From Enterococcus phage EFAP-1: a stretch of DNA of 21,115 bases. The DNA lies in sequence record FJ792813.1; one strand, 5' to 3'. Of the stretch, positions 1-9,500 are shown one piece after another (positions within the stretch are counted from its first letter, which is position 1; each line of letters opens with the position of its first letter). The notes under the pieces were generated by a model. It saw nothing but the letters and a program-made list of their open reading frames with translations, ran no database searches and was not told the origin of the DNA. Position numbers and translations under genes: made by a program.

Positions 1-213
1 ACTAAAAATAATTGCATGCCTTGCAAAATGACAAAACGTAAACTACAAGAGTTAGGTGTTAACTATCAAGAAATTAATGTGGATGAAGATTTGAGTGCAT
101 TAGGATATTTAATGGAATGCGGATTTCGTTCTTTACCAGTTGTGTTCAATGAAAATGGCGCACCTATGGTAACTGGTGGATTTGCACCAAATATCTTAGA
201 AAAGCTTGTGTGA
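1..213 (+). CDS. nrdH: NrdH-like glutaredoxin, 5' end truncated by the window edge
   Basis: Frame 1 is open from base 1 (TKNNCMPCKMTKRKLQELGVNYQEINVDED...SLPVVF...). The CxxC redox motif (CMPC) followed by KMTK and a C-terminal SLPV(V) motif is typical of NrdH redoxins. Stop TGA at 211-213. Opposite orientation to the phage late operon, so either a host flank or a moron. Confidence 0.6.
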   Translation, partial: TKNNCMPCKMTKRKLQELGVNYQEINVDEDLSALGYLMECGFRSLPVVFNENGAPMVTGGFAPNILEKLV

Positions 214-260
214 GAGGAGCATTCTAAGCACGTTTCAGATTCAAAGTAAGGTGATTATAC
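214..260 (+). repeat. copy A of a 46-bp direct repeat (AGGAG-ATTCTAAGC-N..-GTGATTAT)
   Basis: Aligns without gaps to 1865-1910 at 34 of 46 positions. Both copies carry the perfect 9-mers ATTCTAAGC and GTGATTAT at identical 30-nt spacing. Confidence 0.6.
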
Positions 261-263
261 ACG

Positions 264-299
264 AAAAGACCCCCTATAAAGGAGGTCTTTTTCTTTTTA
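264..299. terminator. bidirectional rho-independent terminator between nrdH and the endolysin gene
   Basis: GACCCCC tataaa GGAGGTC hairpin followed by TTTTTCTTTTT on the plus strand. Convergent genes stop on both sides. Confidence 0.6.
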
Positions 300-1283
300 T
301 TGATACATTAAGGCTTGTTTACTATCTGTGAACAACCAGATAAATTCATTTGGTAATTGTACATGAGATAATGTATAACCCATGTAAGGTGTTTGCTCTT
401 GTACTACACCTGTGCTGTTTTCTTGGAAGTTGAAATAGTCGCCAACTTTTAGTACTTGGTCCTTAGTAGGTTGTCCTGTTGCTGGATTAACCTTGTCAAC
501 AACTTCTACTGGAATACCGTTTTCAGTCCAATTAAAGTCAATTTTACCTAAATGTTCGTTGTAGATTTGCCACATTCCATTTACATACTCTAAGCCATCT
601 ACACGGTAATTGAAGCGTTTTTTATTACTAGGTTTACTAGGTTGTGTTGGCTTAGGTTTATCAGGTTTAGGAGTAGGTGTTGCTGTGTTACCACTAACCC
701 CATTAGCTAAGTCATGTGCCAATTGAGCTTTACTGATACCCATCTTAGCTAAGTAACCATAAGGGTCTGTGTGGTCACCCCATACAAAGTCTGTAACCCA
801 TTGGTGAGATACTACACCTTTTTCCCAAAGTGAACCACCTTGGTCAAGTGTCATTGGAATACCAAACTTTTTGCCCATGTCCCGTGTATAGTCAACATAT
901 GCTTTATAGTTGGCTTTAAATAGTTCAGGGTCGTTTGTATGTTGTAACTCAATTTGAACTGGTGCGTAAGGGTTAGCATTACCAGCACCCCATGATACGT
1001 TACCTTCTGGTGCTACTTTATAAACAATGCCACCATCACCAACAATGGCTGTAGTATGTGCATTAAACCAGTTGTTTTTCATATACGTAGCTTCATTACG
1101 ACCTGTTGCACGTGGATTAGCTGTTTCATGTAAGATGATTTTATTAGGATATGCCAGTTGTTGGCTACCTTCCCATGGTTGTAAATTAAATTCGTTGTTG
1201 ACTTCATATGCTTGTACATTTGTTGCACCAAAAAGCAATCCAAATGTTGTTACTACTGATAATAAAATTCCTTTTAATTTCAT
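297..1283 (-). CDS. endolysin: N-acetylmuramoyl-L-alanine amidase (Amidase_2/PGRP type) with N-terminal Sec signal peptide, PT-rich linker and C-terminal cell-wall-binding domain
   Basis: ATG at 1281-1283 with RBS AGGAGGA 6 nt upstream. N-terminus MKLKGILLSVVTTFGLLFGATNVQA has the n-h-c structure of a signal peptide with an AxA-like cleavage site. IILHETANP, SHQWV and GDHTDP are amidase_2 zinc-site motifs. TPTPKPDKPKPTQPSKPS is a linker. C-terminal 110 aa is W/Y/G-rich and SH3b-like. Confidence 0.85.
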   Translation of the reverse strand: MKLKGILLSVVTTFGLLFGATNVQAYEVNNEFNLQPWEGSQQLAYPNKIILHETANPRATGRNEATYMKNNWFNAHTTAIVGDGGIVYKVAPEGNVSWGAGNANPYAPVQIELQHTNDPELFKANYKAYVDYTRDMGKKFGIPMTLDQGGSLWEKGVVSHQWVTDFVWGDHTDPYGYLAKMGISKAQLAHDLANGVSGNTATPTPKPDKPKPTQPSKPSNKKRFNYRVDGLEYVNGMWQIYNEHLGKIDFNWTENGIPVEVVDKVNPATGQPTKDQVLKVGDYFNFQENSTGVVQEQTPYMGYTLSHVQLPNEFIWLFTDSKQALMYQ

Positions 1284-1516
1284 TGGTTTTCCTCCTTGTT
1301 GTCCTTAATTCCTTTTGTTGTTGGGTCTACTGCAATACCTAAGATACTTAGTACAACGAATAGCGCATTGATAACTGCAATGAGTTGTTCACTCAAACCA
1401 GTTAGTTTGCTCATGTCTAAGCCAAAGATATTACCAATCATTTGAATTAAAACAACTACTGCTGGTACTAATGTAATCCAAAACGCTTTACTTCTGATAC
1501 GTGTTTTCCAATCCAT
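1280..1516 (-). CDS. holin, phi LC3/TP901-1-like small class (2 predicted TM helices)
   Basis: MDWKTRIRSKAFWITLVPAVVVLIQ...LIAVINALFVVLSILGIAVDPTTKG closely resembles lactococcal P335-group holins (M.WK.R.KN..FW...IPA...DPTT.G). ATG at 1514-1516 with RBS AAGGAGAG. Its stop overlaps the lysin ATG (ATGA). Confidence 0.8.
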   Translation of the reverse strand: MDWKTRIRSKAFWITLVPAVVVLIQMIGNIFGLDMSKLTGLSEQLIAVINALFVVLSILGIAVDPTTKGIKDNKEENQ

Positions 1517-1530
1517 GTTATACACTCTCC

Positions 1531-1776
1531 TTATAATATTGTTATAATCGCACCAATGACAGCCACAATAATTGCACTACCTACAGTACGTGATAACCAT
1601 TTTAAGCGGTCATTTATACTAGCAATGTCCTTTTCATTTTGAATAGAACGGTGATGTGTTTCACTTAGTAATTGATTGTTTGCTTTTAGCTCATTTTTCA
1701 ATTCTGGAATACCTTCTAAGCTTGATTCAATCCTTGCTAGTTGTACTTTTATTTCCATAAAGTCCTTTTCTTCCAT
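1531..1776 (-). CDS. XhlA-like membrane-anchored lysis accessory protein
   Basis: 81 aa with an N-terminal coiled-coil (EIKVQLARIESSLEGIPELKNELKAN) and a C-terminal TM anchor (RLKWLSRTVGSAIIVAVIGAIITIL), as in Bacillus PBSX XhlA family proteins. RBS AAGGAGATG. Sits directly upstream of the holin. Confidence 0.65.
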   Translation of the reverse strand: MEEKDFMEIKVQLARIESSLEGIPELKNELKANNQLLSETHHRSIQNEKDIASINDRLKWLSRTVGSAIIVAVIGAIITIL

Positions 1777-1822
1777 GTCAGCATCTCCTTATTTTATAGT
1801 AAACCACCGCCTTTCAGCTACT

Positions 1823-1836
1823 ATTATAGTATATCA
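1823..1836 (-). promoter_or_regulatory. putative lysis-cassette promoter (TGATATACTATAAT on the minus strand)
   Basis: Extended -10-like sequence about 45 nt upstream of the xhlA-like ATG, just downstream of the strong terminator at 1922-1955. Confidence 0.3.
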
Positions 1837-1864
1837 CTTAAATAGGGGAAATAGTGTGCTTCAT

Positions 1865-1910
1865 AGGAGGATTCTAAGCGTTTTTCAGTCGCCAAGGTGG
1901 GTGATTATCC
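1865..1910 (+). repeat. copy B of the 46-bp direct repeat
   Basis: See copy A (214-260). Lies between the terminator at 1922-1955 and the putative lysis promoter. Confidence 0.6.
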
Positions 1911-1921
1911 ATTTAAAAGCA

Positions 1922-1955
1922 AATAAAAACACCTCTTTTTAGAGGTGTTTTTAAC
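1922..1955. terminator. strong bidirectional rho-independent terminator
   Basis: AAAAACACCTCT tttt AGAGGTGTTTTT: a perfect 12-bp stem with A-run and T-run flanks. Immediately 3' of the 95-aa ORF on the minus strand. Confidence 0.75.
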
Positions 1956-2242
1956 TATAGTAAATCAGAAAGTAATTCTTCTAATTTTGCTAGTCTTTCA
2001 GCCATTTCTTCTTTACTTGGTTCTGGTGGCTTACTAGCTTCTTCATCTAAAAACTTTTGGAAATCATTATCTGTATTTCTGGTCAATTCTTTACCATCAT
2101 AATAGTAATTATGAAAGTCAATCAATCCGCCTTCCATAGACTTTGCGCTTGTTATATCAATATCACATTTGATATAATCCTCATAAGCTTCTGTAGTATA
2201 TCCTGTTAAGAAACCTACTCTATCTGGTATCCAAATTTCCAT
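1955..2242 (-). CDS. hypothetical 95-aa protein downstream of the tail fibre (acidic, C-terminal coiled-coil)
   Basis: ATG at 2240-2242 with RBS AAAGGATG, tightly coupled to the upstream gene. Position is analogous to the small XkdW/XkdX-like proteins that sit between fibre and lysis genes in PBSX-like elements. No recognisable motif. Confidence 0.5.
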   Translation of the reverse strand: MEIWIPDRVGFLTGYTTEAYEDYIKCDIDITSAKSMEGGLIDFHNYYYDGKELTRNTDNDFQKFLDEEASKPPEPSKEEMAERLAKLEELLSDLL

Positions 2243-2257
2243 TGTTTTACATCCTTT

Positions 2258-4327
2258 CTATACTGAAAATACACCTGTCAATACCCATTTAGCACCATTA
2301 CCTTGTGCATTTTCTGCCCGTCCTTTTATCTGTGTTTTACTAACATATACATATTTGAATATAGTATCATTTGCGCCATCACCAGTTGAAGCACCTTGTA
2401 GTCGCATTACAATACCTTTACCATTATTGTAAGCACCATGTGCTTTTGGAACTAGGTAGTACGTATAGTCCCAAGTACCTGGTGTTGATGTTGATGTGTT
2501 ATAGGGTTGCCACATAAACAACCAACCTATTGCAACTTCATCCATGGTAAGTGTTGGTGTAATTATATCATTTGCACCAACCCAAGATGCTCCACTGTAT
2601 AATCTGCGAGCTGTATTTGCGAATTGCATTACTAATTCAGCAGTTAAGAAACCACTGTTACCTTGTGCATCTAGTAATGACAACCCTGCTGGTGTAAGGC
2701 TTGCATATTGGTTTACTGAACTGTCAGTATTTAGTACACGTGCGTCAAACCCTTGTGAAAACAACCTTGTTGAACCTGTTCTGTTTGTTGTTAAGTTCTG
2801 GTATTCAATTTCCATTTCACCACTAGCTACGGTTGATATACCTTCAAGTTGTTGACCAGCTACTGTTGTTTTGAACGTATTCAAAAATTCAGAACCATTG
2901 ATTGTAGAACCGTTCATTGTTACAGCGTTTAATGTTTCAATGTTTAGCACAGATTGGTCAATTGTCTGTTCAACCCATTCTGTTTTTAAATCATCCCATA
3001 CCTTATAAGATGCTATCTTAGGATTTTCTTTTACTGCTCTTGTTTCAAGGTCACCTAATCTATTAACTGCATTAACTGGTACAGTACCATCAACAACCCA
3101 CCACATATCACCTTGTTTTGGATTAACTGGCGGTTCTTGTTGAACATATACTTTAGGAATAGATGCAACCTTATTATTAATCTGAGTGTTCAATTGGTCT
3201 GATAACTTTCTAAGCTCATCATTTATACCAGATTCAATTACTACAAAGTCTGATAACGTAGCTTCAACACTATCTGTGGTATAGTCATATTTTAGTTCTT
3301 GAACACGTGATTCAAGATATAACTCTTCCTTCTCGTCAACTAGTTTAATTTTATCACCAACAAGTAGATTGTATGGGATATTAGCAATATCAACTTCATA
3401 TGAAACCAGTGGTTTTCCATAATCTTTCAAGTGTTTTAGTGCGTAATCAACTAGTTTGTTTTTTGTAGTTGTTTCAAAGTCTAACTGCTGTAAGAAATAG
3501 TTATCCTCTGTATGAGTTCGTGACCATTGTTTGATGTTCTCTCTATCATATATAATACCAGTTGTTTTATCTAATCTAAAACGATTATTTGGGTCTACCC
3601 AGTTATAACCTTTCAGGTCAACAGGTTTATCTGCCCCATCAGGAGTACCACCAATAGGTTTTATAGCATTTACTAATTGGTAAATATCTTCTTTAGTCTT
3701 GATTGAATTAATATCCCTATTAACATATAGAGTGTGTACTTTATCTGTACCACGTCTCTTTTTAATGTCAATATATCTATTAACTAACTGGTTACCATTG
3801 AATTCAAATCTGAACTCTAATTCTGCATTATCAAATTGCGTTGCTACTGATTGAATACGTTCCAATGCGGTTGCTCCTGAATCCCACTCTAATTTTCTAG
3901 ATAACTTACTGATTTCATTAACACCAATTTTGAAACCACTGCTTCCAGCGAATTCTTCGATATAATACTTAATTGGAAACGCTTGTGTTGCCTTATACGA
4001 TTCAACATGTTGGTTCAGCAAGTCTAGTGATGCATCTTCCAATTCCATTGTTCTAACTTGGGTTAATGGGTCATGTTCAACACTTAAAATTGTCATCCAC
4101 TCATACTTACCATTCTTGTCAACGTAAAGTACGTAGTTACCTACTTTGAACGTTTCTTTAGCTAGTGCGCTAGTTTGTTGCGTAAATGTAACATCCAATA
4201 CCATACGTCTGCTTGCTGTTGATAACTGAACAGTATCCTCAGCAGTTACCACACTAAATAGTGTACCACCATTTGTTGATACAATATCTAATAATTTAAA
4301 TGTTCTATCTGTAATATAAAAATCCAT
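2258..4327 (-). CDS. tail-associated protein Tal / tail fibre (Prophage_tail-type N-terminal domain; C-terminal putative receptor-binding region)
   Basis: 689 aa. N-terminus MDFYITDRTFKLLDIV... is typical of the siphovirus Tal N-terminal (gp27-like) domain. Position immediately after Dit. C-terminal 200 aa are G/S/T/W/Y-rich, like receptor-binding heads. RBS GGAGG. Confidence 0.7.
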   Translation of the reverse strand: MDFYITDRTFKLLDIVSTNGGTLFSVVTAEDTVQLSTASRRMVLDVTFTQQTSALAKETFKVGNYVLYVDKNGKYEWMTILSVEHDPLTQVRTMELEDASLDLLNQHVESYKATQAFPIKYYIEEFAGSSGFKIGVNEISKLSRKLEWDSGATALERIQSVATQFDNAELEFRFEFNGNQLVNRYIDIKKRRGTDKVHTLYVNRDINSIKTKEDIYQLVNAIKPIGGTPDGADKPVDLKGYNWVDPNNRFRLDKTTGIIYDRENIKQWSRTHTEDNYFLQQLDFETTTKNKLVDYALKHLKDYGKPLVSYEVDIANIPYNLLVGDKIKLVDEKEELYLESRVQELKYDYTTDSVEATLSDFVVIESGINDELRKLSDQLNTQINNKVASIPKVYVQQEPPVNPKQGDMWWVVDGTVPVNAVNRLGDLETRAVKENPKIASYKVWDDLKTEWVEQTIDQSVLNIETLNAVTMNGSTINGSEFLNTFKTTVAGQQLEGISTVASGEMEIEYQNLTTNRTGSTRLFSQGFDARVLNTDSSVNQYASLTPAGLSLLDAQGNSGFLTAELVMQFANTARRLYSGASWVGANDIITPTLTMDEVAIGWLFMWQPYNTSTSTPGTWDYTYYLVPKAHGAYNNGKGIVMRLQGASTGDGANDTIFKYVYVSKTQIKGRAENAQGNGAKWVLTGVFSV

Positions 4328-4355
4328 GATTATACCTCCTATATATTATATTAAT

Positions 4356-4391
4356 AGTATACCACAAACGATAGGGGCTTGTAAAGCCCCA
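4356..4391 (-). promoter_or_regulatory. hairpin GGGGCT-TTACA-AGCCCC followed by a TG-extended -10-like TGTGGTATACT, upstream of Tal
   Basis: Perfect 6-bp stem at 4374-4390 directly after the Dit stop, then TTTGTGGTATACT and RBS GGAGG before the Tal ATG. Confidence 0.35.
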
Positions 4392-4396
4392 TATTG

Positions 4397-6478
4397 TTAT
4401 AGGTATGTTTGTTCTAAGATGCAATTAACCTCAGGTTGTAAAGCCCAAGATGATTTTAATGGTAGTATATCATGCTCACCTAAACCGAGTTGGAACTGTT
4501 CCCACTGGTTACCAACAACATTCAATTCATTGTTTATAGCACCATTGATATACACATTACGTGAGTACGTATCTAACTCAACTATATCACCATCTTTAAA
4601 ATAATTTCTAACATTATTAATGTACTTCACATTTAACCAACGTAATTTAGCATCAGTTATCATTACTGTGTTGGCTTTATTGTTTGAGAATTGTTGCACC
4701 CAGAATCCAAAATGTGATAGGTCTGAACTATCTTCAACATTATATACAAATGAATAGTTATCTCCAACCACTACATTATCAAGTTTGTTTATACTCTTGA
4801 TTGAAGCTAAGCGCCATTTGACATATGTTTCAGCACGTTCAATGTTTATTTCAAGTTTAAGACTACCAAACTTCTTTTTATCTAAGATGTATTGGTGTAC
4901 CAACTCACCTTTATACCAACATTCCATGATTGTGGTATTAGCTGATGTTAATGAATCTCTAAAGACTGTACTTATAACAGCTTCACCTCCAGTAGCACGT
5001 ATCATATACTCTAACCTTGCCATAGGTGATGTTTCACGATAATTATTGAATACAAAGCGAATATTTGCTATAAAGTGAGATGTCCTATCGTTTGTGGATG
5101 GTGCTGTAATTGGTATAACACCAGAAGGACCATGCCACACACCTTCTTTTTCGTTTGTGAAGTTTGGTAATACTGAATCAATATCTTTTACCATATTTAA
5201 AGAACCATCAAATAGATTGGGAGTTCCTACATTACCTAGATAGTTAGGATACGTACTTACGAAACCAGTGTTTTCTACCATTCCAGTAGGTAGTTCAGTA
5301 CCCCAAAAATCTAATACCTGTACTGTTTCAGTACGTGATTGTTCTGTATAATCAACTTCTTCTGGGTTACCTATTTGGATTATCTGACCACTCTTATTGA
5401 CCACTCCAACCAATCCATTTTCACCATTCATTTTAAATGAAAAGCGTGGATAGGCTTTGTATGTTCCGTTATTTACAACTTTTAATTCTTCTTTCAGTTC
5501 AATCAACGATTCTTGGTAAGTCATTGGTGTTGTCTGGTCAATTGCAAACATAGGTTCGCATATATCACCACTAACATGGTCACCATATAAACCAAAGTTC
5601 ATTGATAATCCAGTTGTTTCTGGACTTTTGATAGTTATTGTTTTTGCGTACATGGTCCAGTCTTTTACCTCATTAGGCATCTCAATCACATGTGTGTATG
5701 TTTTCCTAACTGGATTGTCTGCCCATTCTATCAATATTAGTTCTGCTGTCTTATCTGGTCGTACCTCGTTGTCTACTACGTTAATACGCACCTTAGCTTG
5801 AAAGCCAACTGTTTGACCTACATTTAAATCTAAATTCATACGTCTGTTGTATGCATCATAGAAGAACCATGCTTGGTGAGGTGTGCTGTTGTCAACATAA
5901 TAGGCTGGTATACCAGCAGTGAAGTCACAACTCAATACATTACTTTCACCTTGTTTTTCAATGGCTAACTGCGCCCAAGGTTTATAGTACTGGTCTTTAC
6001 GCTCAAAATTTGAATCTAATACCATGTTACTATTTTTAGTTATTACATTATTAAAGTTTGAAGCTTCAATCTGATGAGCTAAGGCATCAGGTACATCAAA
6101 TGTTAATGTAAATGGTGTGTACTTTGTGTCTGTTGCGTCATACTCTTCTGTGCCTGTGAATATTGCGTTAAAATATCTATCTGGCATCTGGTCTAGTATA
6201 AGTCTTTTAGGTTCATCACTATTGATAATCTTTACAAGCGCATCCTTGGTTTGTGATACAGTCATACCACTATTGTCTGAAATAATGAAACCATCAATAC
6301 TGATTGCGAAGTCACCTAATCTTGTATTTCTAAAGTGTTTACCATCTGTGTTACCAATCTGAAAAAAATCATTATCTTTTGATAAAAATGGTACGTTAAC
6401 TTTAGCTATTTGAAATAGATGGCTTGTTTCTTTTCCGTCAAAAGTAAATGAGCGTAGAAAATTATAGTTTTCTTTCAT
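4397..6478 (-). CDS. distal tail protein Dit, long 'evolved' form (693 aa)
   Basis: N-terminus MKENYNFLRSFTFDGKETSHLFQIAKVNVPFLS matches the siphovirus Dit (Sipho_tail) N-terminal signature. Position immediately after TMP. Length is more than twice a classical Dit, implying inserted (carbohydrate-binding-like) domains. RBS AAAAGGAG. Confidence 0.7.
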   Translation of the reverse strand: MKENYNFLRSFTFDGKETSHLFQIAKVNVPFLSKDNDFFQIGNTDGKHFRNTRLGDFAISIDGFIISDNSGMTVSQTKDALVKIINSDEPKRLILDQMPDRYFNAIFTGTEEYDATDTKYTPFTLTFDVPDALAHQIEASNFNNVITKNSNMVLDSNFERKDQYYKPWAQLAIEKQGESNVLSCDFTAGIPAYYVDNSTPHQAWFFYDAYNRRMNLDLNVGQTVGFQAKVRINVVDNEVRPDKTAELILIEWADNPVRKTYTHVIEMPNEVKDWTMYAKTITIKSPETTGLSMNFGLYGDHVSGDICEPMFAIDQTTPMTYQESLIELKEELKVVNNGTYKAYPRFSFKMNGENGLVGVVNKSGQIIQIGNPEEVDYTEQSRTETVQVLDFWGTELPTGMVENTGFVSTYPNYLGNVGTPNLFDGSLNMVKDIDSVLPNFTNEKEGVWHGPSGVIPITAPSTNDRTSHFIANIRFVFNNYRETSPMARLEYMIRATGGEAVISTVFRDSLTSANTTIMECWYKGELVHQYILDKKKFGSLKLEINIERAETYVKWRLASIKSINKLDNVVVGDNYSFVYNVEDSSDLSHFGFWVQQFSNNKANTVMITDAKLRWLNVKYINNVRNYFKDGDIVELDTYSRNVYINGAINNELNVVGNQWEQFQLGLGEHDILPLKSSWALQPEVNCILEQTYL

Positions 6479-6513
6479 GTGTATTATCTCCTTTTCTTAG
6501 TCACTATACTAGT

Positions 6514-6549
6514 ATTATAACACAAAAGACAACCCTTGTAAAGGGGTTG
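6514..6549 (-). promoter_or_regulatory. hairpin (CAACCC-TTTACAAG-GGGTTG) plus TGTTATAAT between TMP and Dit
   Basis: Hairpin at 6530-6549 directly after the TMP stop, then T-rich tract and TGTTATAAT (plus 6514-6522) 25 nt before the Dit RBS. Confidence 0.35.
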
Positions 6550-6560
6550 CCTTGATGTTT

Positions 6561-9500
6561 TTAAATATAACCTAGATTACGTCTAGTGTTTCGTTCTTGT
6601 GTTCTGTTGAGGTTATTAAGCTCTTTGTTCATCTTCTTACCATCTAATATAACATCTGTGTTTTTAGCTAAGATAGCTTGTAACAATTCGTTCTGTTGTT
6701 GCATTAAGCTAACCAATAATGCCATGTCTTGTGATTCGCCACTGCCACCTACATGGTTGCGTTCGTCTTTGACACCTAACATCTGTTTAGCTTGGTTAAG
6801 TAACGCTAGTGCTCTACCTCGTTTAGATGGTTCAGTTGGTATGATAACCTCAGGGTGACCGTTTTCAGCCAGTGTTGCAATCTGTGGTGTTCTTGCAATA
6901 CCACCATTGAAGTAACCTCTAATACGGTGACCACGTGGACCCCAACCTGATTTACCGTACTGCAAGTCATTTTCCCAATTACTATTGTTGAAGAAAGCTA
7001 ATAATTGGTGATAGCCATTGTTAATGTTACCATAACCTGGAACTTTGTACGCATCAAACGTCTGTGGAATATATTGTAATAATCCTCGTGCTGGGTTACC
7101 ACTCAATGTGTTAATGTCAACCACATCTGGACTTTGAACAATCTTTTCATTACCACCTGATTCACGCATGATTTGAGCAACTAAACCAGCTACCTGTGAA
7201 CTACTGATTGATTGACCCATGTATTTCGCCGCCTTGCGGATAACAGGTGCCCAGTCACCACCAGCACCAGCTGATTCTTCTTCCTCTTTTTTCTTGAATA
7301 ATGCTTTAACCTTTTCAGCAAATGCAGATGTGGCTTTACTACCTAATCCTTTTGCCATGTCAAGTGGGATGTGTGATAGTCCACCTAAGTCCATTGCACC
7401 CATAATTGCATTGCGTGCTAGGTCTAATGGTTTACCTACCCAGTCCATTACATCACTGATTGTTTCTTTTACCTTGTTGATTCCGTTACCTACAAATGAT
7501 TTTGTATTAGACCACATGTCTTTTACACCATCCATGAAACCAGTTCCTTTTTTGTAGAATGGCACACGCCCGCGTTTACCTAAGAAAGCTGATGTTTCAT
7601 GTTCGTTCAATACATGTGTACCTTTAGGTGCGTTCATCATTACGTTACGCCCTTTAGGTATCATTGCGTTACCATCAGGTGTGATTACCATTTCAGCTCC
7701 GCCACCATCATTTACTACCATAGGTCCGCCAACGTGTCCGCCTGAACCTGTTCCTTGTTCATACTGTGGTACATTCCATTTGGCAACTTGTGGTGCGCCA
7801 AATTTTTCTAGTACCCAGTTAGCACCGCCAATGATTCCATTTACTGGTCCACCAATGGCTCTTAATACTCCGTTGAAAATACCTTTAAACGCATTAGTTA
7901 TTGCACCAGCTCCGTTCTTAACTGCTCTCACCATTTGGTTTGGTAAATCAGCAAACCAGCCTGAAACTGTTTTAATTCCTGTACTAAATGTGTTCTTGAT
8001 ACCGTTCCAAAGATTACGAATAGTATTGCTTACTAGGTTTTTCATAGTGTTCGCAATACCACTTATACCATTCTTAAATCCGTCAAAGATATTTTTAGCA
8101 CCATTTGCCCCACTACTAAAGAAGTTCTTGATACCATTCCACATGTTACTTACTGTGTTCTTGATTGCATTCTTGAAATTATTAGCTATACCTTTGATAC
8201 TTCCGCCAAACTTATCAAACAACGCACCCGCACTACTTCCGCCACTTGTAAAGAAGTTCTTGACTCCGTCCCACATGGCTTTCACTGTGCCTTTTACTGA
8301 TGTACCTAGTCCTTTTACACCTTTGAAAATCTTACCAATGAACATTAGGTTGAACCATTCCCAAACGGCTTGGATTCCACCAAAGAAGATACGTTTAATC
8401 GCATCCCACAAACCAGTGAAGTCACCTGTTAATACCATTGAAAAAACATCAATAATACCTGTGATTACATCAACCATTCCATCAATGAACCCCACAACTG
8501 ATTTAACAAATGATTTTACAATTTCAATTGCAATAGCAAAGATTGGTTTCAATAGTGTAAGTAGGTTCATAATTGCCTTACCAATACGGTCACCATTTTG
8601 GTCCCACCAATTGCTTATTTTGTCAAATATCTTACCTAAGGCTTCTGCTAACTCTTTAATAATTGGCATAATCATTGGTAGTAGTTCTTTTACAAAGAAG
8701 TCTAATACTATTTTGAAAATCTTTTGAGCGCCACCAAGTAACTTAGTGATTGCTTTTAAGGCTTTGTCAATTAATGGTATAACTGTTGGAATAATCTCAA
8801 CTGTGATAAAATCAACTACTTTTGTTAATGTTTCAAAGAATCCCGCTGGTGTACCGTCACCAGTACCAAAAGTGAACGCATTTTTGATATAATCTTTAAA
8901 TCTTCCTAATGATTCTTTAATACCTACAATAGCATTAGATACAGTTTTCATTTTTTCGTCTGATAAACCAAGCATGTCTAAGTCAACTAAGCCATTACCT
9001 TCCCATGCTGATTTAAAGTTATAACCCCATGATTTTAACCCACTTAATGATGATTTGAACTTGTTTACTGCACTGTCAATTCTATTTATTCCCTTTATAT
9101 CTAATCCAAGCGCGCCAACATTTATGAGACCCTCACCTTTCCAAATACGTTTAATGTTTTCTGCCCACATACCAACTTTTTTACCAAAGCCTGATAAGTA
9201 ACCCCACGCTTCACCTGTGACTTTTCCAAATACATCAAATGTACCCTTGAATACCTTACCAACCCATGAAAGGTTTTTGGCTAATTCAGGTAGGCTGTTA
9301 CCTAATCCACCCAAGAAAGCTTCAAACCTATTACCTGTGTTTGTTATCTGCTCTTGGAAAGATGGTAGACCCATTTTTTCTAGTGATTTGTTTAGTCCTT
9401 CAATCATCTTGGCTGTACCACGCGTAACAGCTGATTTCATGTTGGCTATTGCAGTACCAAAACCTTGTGTACTATCTTTAGCTATCTTTTCTAATGACTT

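Noticed and set aside
1-300. nrdH plus the adjacent repeat as attR of the prophage
   Set aside because: The two copies of the 46-bp repeat are only about 74% identical and both lie on the same side of the structural module, which is not how attL/attR core duplications look. The attachment site is probably outside the window, and this cannot be resolved without flanking sequence.
1676-1942. 88-aa plus-strand ORF
   Set aside because: It is antisense to the xhlA-like gene and extends into the intergenic repeat and terminator. It has no RBS. The apparent peptide similarity between repeat copies A and B only reflects their nucleotide identity.
4326-4604. 92-aa plus-strand ORF, plus 4785-5042 and 6117-6362
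   Set aside because: They are antisense to Tal and Dit, with no translation signals.
7681-8727. 348-aa plus-strand ORF (also 7219-7557, 9217-9705, 9895-10431)
   Set aside because: They lie antisense inside the TMP gene and are proline/leucine/serine-rich with no RBS and no start context. They are typical shadow ORFs of a long low-complexity gene.
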